A stretch of 64,000 nt of DNA from Eledone cirrhosa (taxonomy: Eukaryota). The notes under the pieces were generated by a model that was not told the origin of the DNA, searched no databases, and worked only from the letters and a program-made list of their open reading frames with translations. Position 1 is the stretch's first letter; each line of letters opens with the position of its first letter. Both the position numbers and the translations under genes were made by a program. This document shows positions 1 to 14,110 of this stretch, one piece after another. Location of the stretch: contig CAXHJY010000161.1 of the NCBI GenBank assembly GCA_964016885.1, forward strand, positions 62,001 to 126,000, in the 5' to 3' direction.

Positions 1-1600
1 TACTGACACAGAAAACAGCAACAACTACAACAACACTGGCACTGACAGAGAAAACAGCAACAACTACAACACTGGCACTGACAGAGAAAACAGCAACAAC
101 AACAACAACACTGGCACTGACAGAGAAAACAGCAACAACTACAACAACACTGGCACTGACACAGAAAACAGCAACAACTACAACAACACTGGTACTGACA
201 GAGAAAACAGCAACAACTACAACAACACTGGCACTGACAGAGAAAACAGCAACAACAACAACAACACTGGCACTGACAGTGAAAATAGCAACAACAACAC
301 TGGCACTGACACAGAAAACAGCAACAACAACAACACTGGCACTGACACAGAAAACAGCAACAACAGCAACAACACTGGCACTGACACAGAAAACAGCAAC
401 AATTACAACAACACTGGCACTGACAGAGAAAACAGCAACAACTACAACAACACTGGCACTGACAGAGAAAACAGCAACAACAAAAACACTGGCACTGACA
501 CAGAAAACAGCAAAAACTACAACAACACTGGCACTGACAGGGAAAACGGCAAGAACTACAACAACACTGGCACTGACAGAGAAAACAGCAACAACTACAA
601 CAACACTGGCACTGACAGAGAAAACAGCAACAACAACACTGGCACTGACACAGAAAACAGCAACAACTACAAGAACACTGGCACTGACAGAGAAAACAGC
701 AACAGCAACAACAACACTGGCACTGACACAGAAAACAGCAACAACTACAAGAACACTGGCACTGACAGAGAAAACAGCAACAACTACAACAACACTGGCA
801 CTGACAGAGAAAACAGCAACAACTACAACAACACTGGCACTGACACAGAAAACAGCAACAACTACAACAACACTGGCACTGACAGAGAAACCAGCAACAA
901 CTACAACAACACTGGCACTGACACAGAAAACAGCAACAACAACACTGGCACTGACAGAGAAAACAGCAACAACAACAACACCGGCACTGACAAAGAAAAC
1001 AGCAACAACTACAACAACACTGGCACGGAAAACAGCAACAACAGCAACAACAACACTGGCACTGACACAGAAAACGGCAACAACAGCAACAATAACCGTG
1101 GCACTGACACAGAAAACAGCAACAACAGCAACAATAACACTGGCACTGGCACAGAAAACAGCAACAGCAACACTGGAACTGACACAGAAAACAGCAACAG
1201 TAACAACAACAACACTGGCACTGACAAAGAAAACAGCAACAACAACAACACTGGCACTGACACAGAAAACAAAAACAACAACAACACTGGCACTGACAGT
1301 GAAAATAGCAACAGCAACAACACTGGCACTGAAACAGAAAACAGCAACAACAACAACACTGGCACTGACACAGAAAACAGCAAAAACTACAACACTGGCA
1401 CTGACAGAGAAAACAGCAACAACAACAGTGGCACTGACACAGAAAACAGCAACAACTACAACAACACTGGCACTGACAGAGACAACAGCAACAACAACAA
1501 CACTGGCACTGACACAGAAAACAGCAACAACTACAACAACACTGGCACTGACAGAGAAAACAGCAACAGCAACAACACTGGCACTGACACTGAAAACAGC
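1..1600 (+). repeat. Slightly diverged dispersed copy of segment ~5820-7400 (and ~10865-12440)
   Basis: Same ordered rare variants: GGTACT, AAAACGGCAAGAAC (~543/6402/11445), CTACAAGAAC twice, GAAACCAGC (~888/6747/11790), GCACGGAAAA, ACAAAAAC, CTGAAACAG, GAGACAAC. A few monomer gains and losses distinguish the copies. Confidence 0.85.
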
Positions 1601-4019
1601 AACAACAACACTGGCACTGACACAGAAAACAGCAACTACAGCAACAACAACCGTGGCACTGACAAAGAAAACAGCAACAACAGCAACAATAACACTGGCA
1701 CTGGCACAGAAAACAGCAACAACAACACTGGAACTGACACAGAAAACAGCAACAGTAACAACAACAACACTGGCACTGACAAAGAAAACAGCAACAACAA
1801 CAACACTGGCACTGACACAGAAAACAGCAACAACAACAACACTGGCACTGACAGTGAAAATAGCAACAACAACAACACTGGCACTGACACAGAAAACAGC
1901 AACAACTACAACATTGGCACTGACAGAGAAAACAGCAACAACTACAACAACACTGGCACTGACAGAGAAAACAGCAACAGCAACAACGCTGGCACTGACA
2001 CAGAAAACAGCAACAACAGCAACAACAACACTGGCACTGACACAGAAAACAGCAACAACAGCAATAACAATGGCACTGACACAGAAAACAGCAACAACAA
2101 CAACACTGGCACTGACAGAGAAAACAGCAACAACAACACTGGCACTGACAGAGAAAACAGCAACAACAACAACACTGGCACTGACACAGAAAACAGCAAC
2201 AACAACAGTGGCATTGACAGAGAAAACAGCAACAACAACAACACTGGCACTGACACAGAAAACAGCAACAACTACAACAACACTGGCACTGACAGAGAAA
2301 ACAGCAACAGCAACAACACTGGTACTGACACAGAAAACAGCAACAACTACAACAACACTGGCACTGACAGAGAAAACAGCAACAACTACAACACTGGCAC
2401 TGACAGAGAAAACAGCAACAACAACAACAACACTGGCACTGACAGAGAAAACAGCAACAACTACAACAACACTGGCACTGACACAGAAAACAGCAACAAC
2501 TACAACAACACTGGTACTGACAGAGAAAACAGCAACAACAACAACACTGGCACTGACACAGAAAACAGCAACAACTACAACAACACTGGCACTGACAGTG
2601 AAAATAGCAACAACAACACTGGCACTGACACAGAAAACAGCAACAACAACAACACTGGCACTGACACAGAAAACAGCAACAACAGCAACAACACTGGCAC
2701 TGACACAGAAAACAGCAACAATTACAACAACACTGGCACTGACAGAGAAAACAGCAACAACTACAACAACACTGGCACTGACACAGAAAACAGCAACAAC
2801 TACAACAACACTGGCACTGACACCGAAAACAGCAACAACAACAACACTGGCACTGACAGAGAAAACAGCAACAACAACACTGGCACTGACAGAGAAAACA
2901 GCAACAACAACAACACTGGCACAGACACAGAAAACAGCAACAACAACAGTGGCACTGACACAGAAAACAGCAACAACACTGGCACTGACAGAGAAAACAG
3001 CAACAACAATAACACTGGCACTGGCACAGAAAACAGCAACAACTACAACAACACTGGCACTGACAGAGAAAACAGCAACAACTACAACAACACTGGCACT
3101 GACAGAGAAAACAGCAACAACTACAACACTGGCACTGACACAGAAAACAGCAACAACTACAACAACACTGGCACTGACACAGAAAACAGCAACAGCTACA
3201 ACAACACTGGCACTGACAGAGAAAACAGCAACAACAACAACACTGGCACTGACACAGAAAACAGCAACAACTACAACAACACTGGCACTGACAGTGAAAA
3301 TAGCAACAACAACACTGGCACTGACACAGAAAACAGCAACAACAACAACACTGGCACTGACACAGAAAACAGTAACAACAGCAACAACACTGGCACTGAC
3401 ACAGAAAACAGCAACAATTACAACAACACTGGCACTGACAGAGAAAACAGCAACAACTACAACAACACTGGCACTGACAGAGAAAACAGCAACAACTACA
3501 ACAACACTGGCACTGACACAGAAAACAGCAACAACTACAACAACACTGGCACTGACACAGAAAACAGCAACAGCTACAACAACACTGGCACTGACAGAGA
3601 AAACAGGAACAACAACAACACTGGCACTGACACAGAAAACAGCAACAACTACAACAACACTGGCACTGACAGTGAAAATAGCAACAACAACACTGGCACT
3701 GACCCAGAAAACAGCAACAACAGCAACAACACTGGCACTGACACAGAAAACAGCAACAATTACAACAACACTGGCACTGACAGAGAAAACAGCAACAACT
3801 ACAACAACACTGGCACTGACAGAGAAAACAGCAACAACAAAAACACTGGCACTGACACAGAAACAGCAACAACTACAACAACACTGGCACTGACAGAGAA
3901 AACAGCAACAGCAACAACACTGGCACTGACACAGAAAACAGCAACAAAAATAACACTGGCACTGACAGAGAAAACAGCAACAACAACACTGGCACTGACA
4001 GAGAAAACAGCAACAACAA

Positions 4020-7000
4020 CAACACTGGCACTGACAGCGAAAACAGCAACAACAACACTGGCACTGACAGAGAAAACAGCAACAACAACAACACTGGCAC
4101 TGACACAGAAAACAGAAACAACTACAACAACACTGGCACTGACAGAGAAAGCAGCAACAACTACAACAACACTGGCACTGACAGAGAAAACAGCAACAGC
4201 AACAACACTGGCACTGACACAGAAAACAGCAACAACTACAACAACACTGGCACTAACACAGAAAACAGCAACAACTACAACATCACTGGCACTGACAGAG
4301 AAAACAGCAACAGCAACACTGGCACTGACACACAAAACAGCAACAACGACAACAACACTGGCACTGACAGAGAAAACAGCAACAACTACAACACTGGCAC
4401 TGACAGACAAAACAGCAACAACAACAACAACACTGGCACTGACAGAGAAAACAGCAACAACTACCACAACACTGGCACTGACACAGAAAACAGCAACAAC
4501 TACAACAACACTGGCACTGTCAGAGAAAACAGCAACAACTACAACAACACTGGCACTGACACAGAAAACAGCAACAACAACACTGGCACTGACACAGAAA
4601 ACAGCAACAACTACAACAACACTGGCACTGACAGAGAAAACAGCAACAACTACAACAACACTGGTACTGACATAGAAAACAGCAACAACTACAACAACAC
4701 TGGCACTGACACAGAAAACAGCAACAACTACAACAACACTGGCACTGACACAGAAAACAGCAACAACTACAACAACACTGGCACTGACAGACAAAACAGC
4801 AACAACAACAACAACACTGGCACTGACAGAGAAAACAGCAACAACTACCACAACACTGGCACTGACACAGAAAACAGCAACAACTACAACAACACTGGCA
4901 CTGTCAGAGAAAACAGCAACAACTACAACAACACTGGCACTGACACAGAAAACAGCAACAACAACACTGGCACTGACACAGAAAACAGCAACAACTACAA
5001 CAACACTGGCACTGACAGAGAAAACAGCAACAACTACAACAACACTGGTACTGACATAGAAAACAGCAACAACTACAACAACACTGGCACTGACACAGAA
5101 AACAGCAACAACTACAACAACACTGGCACTGACACAGAAAACAGCAACAACTACAACAACACTGGCACTGACACAGAAAACAGCAACAACAACCGTGGCA
5201 CTGACACAGAAAACAGCAACAACAGCAACAATAACACTGGCACTGGCAGAGAAAACAGCAACAACAACACTGGAACTGACACAGAAAACAGCAACAGTAA
5301 CAACAACAACACTGGCACTGACAAAGAAAACAGCAACAACAACAACACTGGCACTGACACAGAAAACAGCAACAACAACAACACTGGCACTGACAGTGAA
5401 AATAGCAACAACAACAACACTGGCACTGACACAGAAAACAGCAACAACTACAACATTGGCACTGACAGAGAAAACAGCAACAACTACAACAACACTGGCA
5501 CTGACAGAGAAAACAGCAACAGCAACAACACTGGCACTGACACAGAAAACAGCAACAACAGCAATAACAATGGCACTGACACAGAAAACAGCAACAACAA
5601 CAACACTGGCACTGACAGAGAAAACAGCAACAACAACACTGGCACTGACAGAGAAAACAGCAACAACAACAACACTGGCACTGACACAGAAAACAGCAAC
5701 AACAACAGTGGCATTGACAGAGAAAACCGCAACAACAACAACACTGCCACTGACACAGAAAACAGCAACAACTACAACAACACTGGCACTGACAGAGAAA
5801 ACAGCAACAGCAACAACACTGGTACTGACACAGAAAACAGCAACAACTACAACAACACTGGCACTGACAGAGAAAACAGCAACAACTACAACACTGGCAC
5901 TGACAGAGAAAACAGCAACAACAACAACAACACTGGCACTGACAGAGAAAACAGCAACAACTACAACAACACTGGCACTGACACAGAAAACAGCAACAAC
6001 TACAACAACACTGGTACTGACAGAGAAAACAGCAACAACTACAACAACACTGGCACTGACAGAGAAAACAGCAACAACAACAACACTGGCACTGACACAG
6101 AAAACAGCAACAACTACAACAACACTGGCACTGACAGTGAAAATAGCAACAACAACACTGGCACTGACACAGAAAACAGCAACAACAACAACACTGGCAC
6201 TGACACAGAAAACAGCAACAACAGCAACAACACTGGCACTGACACAGAAAACAGCAACAATTACAACAACACTGGCACTGACAGAGAAAACAGCAACAAC
6301 TACAACAACACTGGCACTGACAGAGAAAACAGCAACAACAAAAACACTGGCACTGACACAGAAAACAGCAAAAACTACAACAACACTGGCACTGACAGAG
6401 AAAACGGCAAGAACTACAACAACACTGGCACTGACAGAGAAAACAGCAACAACTACAAAAACACTGGCACTGACAGAGAAAACAGCAACAACAACACTGG
6501 CACTGACACAGAAAACAGCAACAACTACAAGAACACTGGCACTGACAGAGAAAACAGCAACAGCAACAACAACACTGGCACTGACACAGAAAACAGCAAC
6601 AACTACAAGAACACTGGCACTGACAGAGAAAACAGCAACAACTACAACAACACTGGCACTGACAGAGAAAACAGCAACAACTACAACAACACTGGCACTG
6701 ACACAGAAAACAGCAACAACTACAACAACACTGGCACTGACAGAGAAACCAGCAACAACTACAACAACACTGGCACTGACACAGAAAACAGCAACAACAA
6801 CACTGGCACTGACAGAGAAAACAGCAACAACAACACCGGCACTGACAAAGAAAACAGCAACAACTACAACAACACTGGCACGGAAAACAGCAACAACAGC
6901 AACAACAACACTGGCACTGACACAGAAAACAGCAACAACAGCAACAATAACACTGGCACTGGCACAGAAAACAGCAACACCAACACTGGAACTGACACAG

Positions 7001-10000
7001 AAAACAGCAACAGTAACAACAACAACACTGGCACTGACAAAGAAAACAGCAACAACAACAACACTGGCACTGACACAGAAAACAAAAACAACAACAACAC
7101 TGGCACTGACAGTGAAAATAGCAACAGCAACAACACTGGCACTGAAACAGAAAACAGCAACAACAACAACACTGGCACTGACAGAGAAAACAGCAACAAC
7201 AACAGTGGCACTGACACAGAAAACAGCAACAACTACAACAACACTGGCACTGACAGAGACAACAGCAACAACAACAACACTGGCACTGACACAGAAAACA
7301 GCAACAACTACAACAACACTGGCACTGACAGAGAAAACAGCAACAGCAACAACACTGGCACTGACACAGAAAACAGCAACAACTACAACAACACTGGCAC
7401 TAACACTGAAAACAGCAACAACTAAAACATCACTGGCCCTGACAGAGAAAACAGCAACAGCAACAGCACTGGCACTGACAGTGAAAATAGCAACAACAAC
7501 AACACTGGCACTGACACAGAAAACAGCAACAACAACAACACTGGCACTGACACAGAAAACAGCAACAACTACAACAACACTGGCACTGACAGAAAAAACA
7601 GCAACAACTACAACAACACTGGCACTGGCAGAGAAAACAGCAACAACTACAACAACACTGGCACTGACAGAGAAAACAGCAACAACAACAACACTGGCAC
7701 TGACAGAGAAAACAGCAACAACTACAACAACACTGGCACTGACAGAGAAAACAGCAACAACTACAACAAAACTGGCACTGACAGAGAAAACAGCAACAAC
7801 TACAACAACACTGGCACTGACACAGAAAACAGCAACAACTACAACAACACTGGCACTGACACAGAAAACAGCAACAGCTACAACAACACTGGCACTGACA
7901 GAGAAAACAGCAACAACAACAACACTGGCACTGACACAGAAAACAGCAACAACTACAACAACACTGGCACTGACAGTGAAAATATCAACAACAACACTGG
8001 CACTGACACAGAAAACAGCAACAACAACAACACTGGCACTGACACAGAAAACAGCAACAACAGCAACAACACTGGCACTGACACAGAAAACAGCAACAAT
8101 TACAACAACACTGGCACTGACAGAGAAAACAGCAACAACTACAACAACACTGGCACTGACACAGAAAACAGCAACAACTACAACAACACTGGCACTGACA
8201 CCGAAAACAGCAACAACAACAACACTGGCACTGACAGAGAAAACAGCAACAACAACACTGGCACTGACAGAGAAAACAGCAACAACAACAACACTGGCAC
8301 AGACACAGAAAACAGCAACAACAACAGTGGCACTGACACAGAAAACAGCAACAACTACAACAACACTGGCACTGACAGAGAAAACAGCAACAACAACAAC
8401 ACTGGCACTGGCACAGAAAACAGCAACAACTACAACAACACTGGCACTGACAGAGAAAACAGCAACAACTACAACAACACTGGCACTGACAGAGAAAACA
8501 GCAACAACTACAACACTGGCACTGACACAGAAAACAGCAACAACTACAACAACACTGGCACTGACACAGAAAACAGCAACAACAACACTGGCACTGACAC
8601 AGAAAACAGCAACAACTACAACAACACTGGCACTGACACAGAAAACAGCAACAACAACACTGGCACTGACACAGAAAACAGCAACAACAACAACACTGGC
8701 ACTGACACAGAAAACAGCAACAACAGCAACAACACTGGCACTGACACAGAAAACAGCAACAATTACAACAACACTGGCACTGACAGAGAAAACAGCAACA
8801 ACTACAACAACACTGGCACTGACAGAGAAAACAGCAACAACAAAAACACTGGCACTGACACAGAAAACAGCAACAGCTACAACAACACTGGCACTGACAG
8901 AGAAAACAGCAACAACAACAACACTGGCACTGACACAGAAAACAGCAACAACTACAACAACACTGGCACTGACACAGAAAACAGCAACAACAACACTGGC
9001 ACTGACACAGAAAACAGCAACAACAACAACACTGGCACTGACACAGAAAACAGCAACAACAGCAACACTGGCACTGACAGCGAAAACAGCAACAACAACA
9101 CTGGCACTGACAGAGAAAACAGCAACAACAACAACACTGGCACTGACACAGAAAACAGAAACAACTACAACAACACTGGCACTGACAGAGAAAGCAGCAA
9201 CAACTACAACAACACTGGCACTGACAGAGAAAACAGCAACAGCAACAACACTGGCACTGACACAGAAAACAGCAACAACTACAACAACACTGGCACTAAC
9301 ACAGAAAACAGCAACAACTACAACATCACTGGCACTGACAGAGAAAACAGCAACAGCAACACTGGCACTGACACACAAAACAGCAACAACGACAACAACA
9401 CTGGCACTGACAGAGAAAACAGCAACAACTACAACACTGGCACTGACAGACAAAACAGCAACAACAACAACAACACTGGCACTGACAGAGAAAACAGCAA
9501 CAACTACCACAACACTGGCACTGACACAGAAAACAGCAACAACTACAACAACACTGGCACTGTCAGAGAAAACAGCAACAACTACAACAACACTGGCACT
9601 GACACAGAAAACAGCAACAACAACACTGGCACTGACACAGAAAACAGCAACAACTACAACAACACTGGCACTGACAGAGAAAACAGCAACAACTACAACA
9701 ACACTGGTACTGACATAGAAAACAGCAACAACTACAACAACACTGGCACTGACACAGAAAACAGCAACAACTACAACAACACTGGCACTGACACAGAAAA
9801 CAGCAACAACTACAACAACACTGGCACTGACAGACAAAACAGCAACAACAACAACAACACTGGCACTGACAGAGAAAACAGCAACAACTACCACAACACT
9901 GGCACTGACACAGAAAACAGCAACAACTACAACAACACTGGCACTGTCAGAGAAAACAGCAACAACTACAACAACACTGGCACTGACACAGAAAACAGCA

Positions 10001-13000
10001 ACAACAACACTGGCACTGACACAGAAAACAGCAACAACTACAACAACACTGGCACTGACAGAGAAAACAGCAACAACTACAACAACACTGGTACTGACAT
10101 AGAAAACAGCAACAACTACAACAACACTGGCACTGACACAGAAAACAGCAACAACTACAACAACACTGGCACTGACACAGAAAACAGCAACAACTACAAC
10201 AACACTGGCACTGACACAGAAAACAGCAACAACAACCGTGGCACTGACACAGAAAACAGCAACAACAGCAACAATAACACTGGCACTGGCAGAGAAAACA
10301 GCAACAACAACACTGGAACTGACACAGAAAACAGCAACAGTAACAACAACAACACTGGCACTGACAAAGAAAACAGCAACAACAACAACACTGGCACTGA
10401 CACAGAAAACAGCAACAACAACAACACTGGCACTGACAGTGAAAATAGCAACAACAACAACACTGGCACTGACACAGAAAACAGCAACAACTACAACATT
10501 GGCACTGACAGAGAAAACAGCAACAACTACAACAACACTGGCACTGACAGAGAAAACAGCAACAGCAACAACACTGGCACTGACACAGAAAACAGCAACA
10601 ACAGCAATAACAATGGCACTGACACAGAAAACAGCAACAACAACAACACTGGCACTGACAGAGAAAACAGCAACAACAACACTGGCACTGACAGAGAAAA
10701 CAGCAACAACAACAACACTGGCACTGACACAGAAAACAGCAACAACAACAGTGGCATTGACAGAGAAAACCGCAACAACAACAACACTGCCACTGACACA
10801 GAAAACAGCAACAACTACAACAACACTGGCACTGACAGAGAAAACAGCAACAGCAACAACACTGGTACTGACACAGAAAACAGCAACAACTACAACAACA
10901 CTGGCACTGACAGAGAAAACAGCAACAACTACAACACTGGCACTGACAGAGAAAACAGCAACAACAACAACAACACTGGCACTGACAGAGAAAACAGCAA
11001 CAACTACAACAACACTGGCACTGACACAGAAAACAGCAACAACTACAACAACACTGGTACTGACAGAGAAAACAGCAACAACTACAACAACACTGGCACT
11101 GACAGAGAAAACAGCAACAACAACAACACTGGCACTGACACAGAAAACAGCAACAACTACAACAACACTGGCACTGACAGTGAAAATAGCAACAACAACA
11201 CTGGCACTGACACAGAAAACAGCAACAACAACAACACTGGCACTGACACAGAAAACAGCAACAACAGCAACAACACTGGCACTGACACAGAAAACAGCAA
11301 CAATTACAACAACACTGGCACTGACAGAGAAAACAGCAACAACTACAACAACACTGGCACTGACAGAGAAAACAGCAACAACAAAAACACTGGCACTGAC
11401 ACAGAAAACAGCAAAAACTACAACAACACTGGCACTGACAGAGAAAACGGCAAGAACTACAACAACACTGGCACTGACAGAGAAAACAGCAACAACTACA
11501 AAAACACTGGCACTGACAGAGAAAACAGCAACAACAACACTGGCACTGACACAGAAAACAGCAACAACTACAAGAACACTGGCACTGACAGAGAAAACAG
11601 CAACAGCAACAACAACACTGGCACTGACACAGAAAACAGCAACAACTACAAGAACACTGGCACTGACAGAGAAAACAGCAACAACTACAACAACACTGGC
11701 ACTGACAGAGAAAACAGCAACAACTACAACAACACTGGCACTGACACAGAAAACAGCAACAACTACAACAACACTGGCACTGACAGAGAAACCAGCAACA
11801 ACTACAACAACACTGGCACTGACACAGAAAACAGCAACAACAACACTGGCACTGACAGAGAAAACAGCAACAACAACACCGGCACTGACAAAGAAAACAG
11901 CAACAACTACAACAACACTGGCACGGAAAACAGCAACAACAGCAACAACAACACTGGCACTGACACAGAAAACAGCAACAACAGCAACAATAACACTGGC
12001 ACTGGCACAGAAAACAGCAACACCAACACTGGAACTGACACAGAAAACAGCAACAGTAACAACAACAACACTGGCACTGACAAAGAAAACAGCAACAACA
12101 ACAACACTGGCACTGACACAGAAAACAAAAACAACAACAACACTGGCACTGACAGTGAAAATAGCAACAGCAACAACACTGGCACTGAAACAGAAAACAG
12201 CAACAACAACAACACTGGCACTGACAGAGAAAACAGCAACAACAACAGTGGCACTGACACAGAAAACAGCAACAACTACAACAACACTGGCACTGACAGA
12301 GACAACAGCAACAACAACAACACTGGCACTGACACAGAAAACAGCAACAACTACAACAACACTGGCACTGACAGAGAAAACAGCAACAGCAACAACACTG
12401 GCACTGACACAGAAAACAGCAACAACTACAACAACACTGGCACTAACACTGAAAACAGCAACAACTAAAACATCACTGGCCCTGACAGAGAAAACAGCAA
12501 CAGCAACAGCACTGGCACTGACAGTGAAAATAGCAACAACAACAACACTGGCACTGACACAGAAAACAGCAACAACAACAACACTGGCACTGACACAGAA
12601 AACAGCAACAACTACAACAACACTGGCACTGACAGAAAAAACAGCAACAACTACAACAACACTGGCACTGGCAGAGAAAACAGCAACAACTACAACAACA
12701 CTGGCACTGACAGAGAAAACAGCAACAACAACAACACTGGCACTGACAGAGAAAACAGCAACAACTACAACAACACTGGCACTGACAGAGAAAACAGCAA
12801 CAACTACAACAAAACTGGCACTGACAGAGAAAACAGCAACAACTACAACAACACTGGCACTGACACAGAAAACAGCAACAACTACAACAACACTGGCACT
12901 GACACAGAAAACAGCAACAGCTACAACAACACTGGCACTGACAGAGAAAACAGCAACAACAACAACACTGGCACTGACACAGAAAACAGCAACAACTACA

Positions 13001-14110
13001 ACAACACTGGCACTGACAGTGAAAATATCAACAACAACACTGGCACTGACACAGAAAACAGCAACAACAACAACACTGGCACTGACACAGAAAACAGCAA
13101 CAACAGCAACAACACTGGCACTGACACAGAAAACAGCAACAATTACAACAACACTGGCACTGACAGAGAAAACAGCAACAACTACAACAACACTGGCACT
13201 GACACAGAAAACAGCAACAACTACAACAACACTGGCACTGACACCGAAAACAGCAACAACAACAACACTGGCACTGACAGAGAAAACAGCAACAACAACA
13301 CTGGCACTGACAGAGAAAACAGCAACAACAACAACACTGGCACAGACACAGAAAACAGCAACAACAACAGTGGCACTGACACAGAAAACAGCAACAACTA
13401 CAACAACACTGGCACTGACAGAGAAAACAGCAACAACAACAACACTGGCACTGGCACAGAAAACAGCAACAACTACAACAACACTGGCACTGACAGAGAA
13501 AACAGCAACAACTACAACAACACTGGCACTGACAGAGAAAACAGCAACAACTACAACACTGGCACTGACACAGAAAACAGCAACAACTACAACAACACTG
13601 GCACTGACACAGAAAACAGCAACAACAACACTGGCACTGACACAGAAAACAGCAACAACTACAACAACACTGGCACTGACACAGAAAACAGCAACAACAA
13701 CACTGGCACTGACACAGAAAACAGCAACAACAACAACACTGGCACTGACACAGAAAACAGCAACAACAGCAACAACACTGGCACTGACACAGAAAACAGC
13801 AACAATTACAACAACACTGGCACTGACAGAGAAAACAGCAACAACTACAACAACACTGGCACTGACAGAGAAAACAGCAACAACAAAAACACTGGCACTG
13901 ACACAGAAAACAGCAACAGCTACAACAACACTGGCACTGACAGAGAAAACAGCAACAACAACAACACTGGCACTGACACAGAAAACAGCAACAACTACAA
14001 CAACACTGGCACTGACACAGAAAACAGCAACAACAACACTGGCACTGACACAGAAAACAGCAACAACAACAACACTGGCACTGACACAGAAAACAGCAAC
14101 AACAGCAACA
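4020..14110 (+). repeat. Near-perfect 5,043-bp tandem higher-order duplication (copy 1 ~4020-9062, copy 2 ~9063-14110)
   Basis: Rare variants recur at exactly +5043: GACAGCGAAA (C at 4038/9081), TAG at 4673/9716 and 5057/10100, TAA at 7423/12466. ORF starts 5195/10238, 5484/10527 and 6864/11907 share the same offset. Confidence 0.95.
4400..5170 (+). repeat. 384-bp (10-monomer) tandem duplication nested in the 5,043-bp unit; second occurrence at ~9443-10213
   Basis: TGACAGACAA at 4401/4785 and GGTACTGACATAG with TAG at 4673/5057. CTACCAC and CTGTCAG variants repeat at the same +384 offset. Confidence 0.9.
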
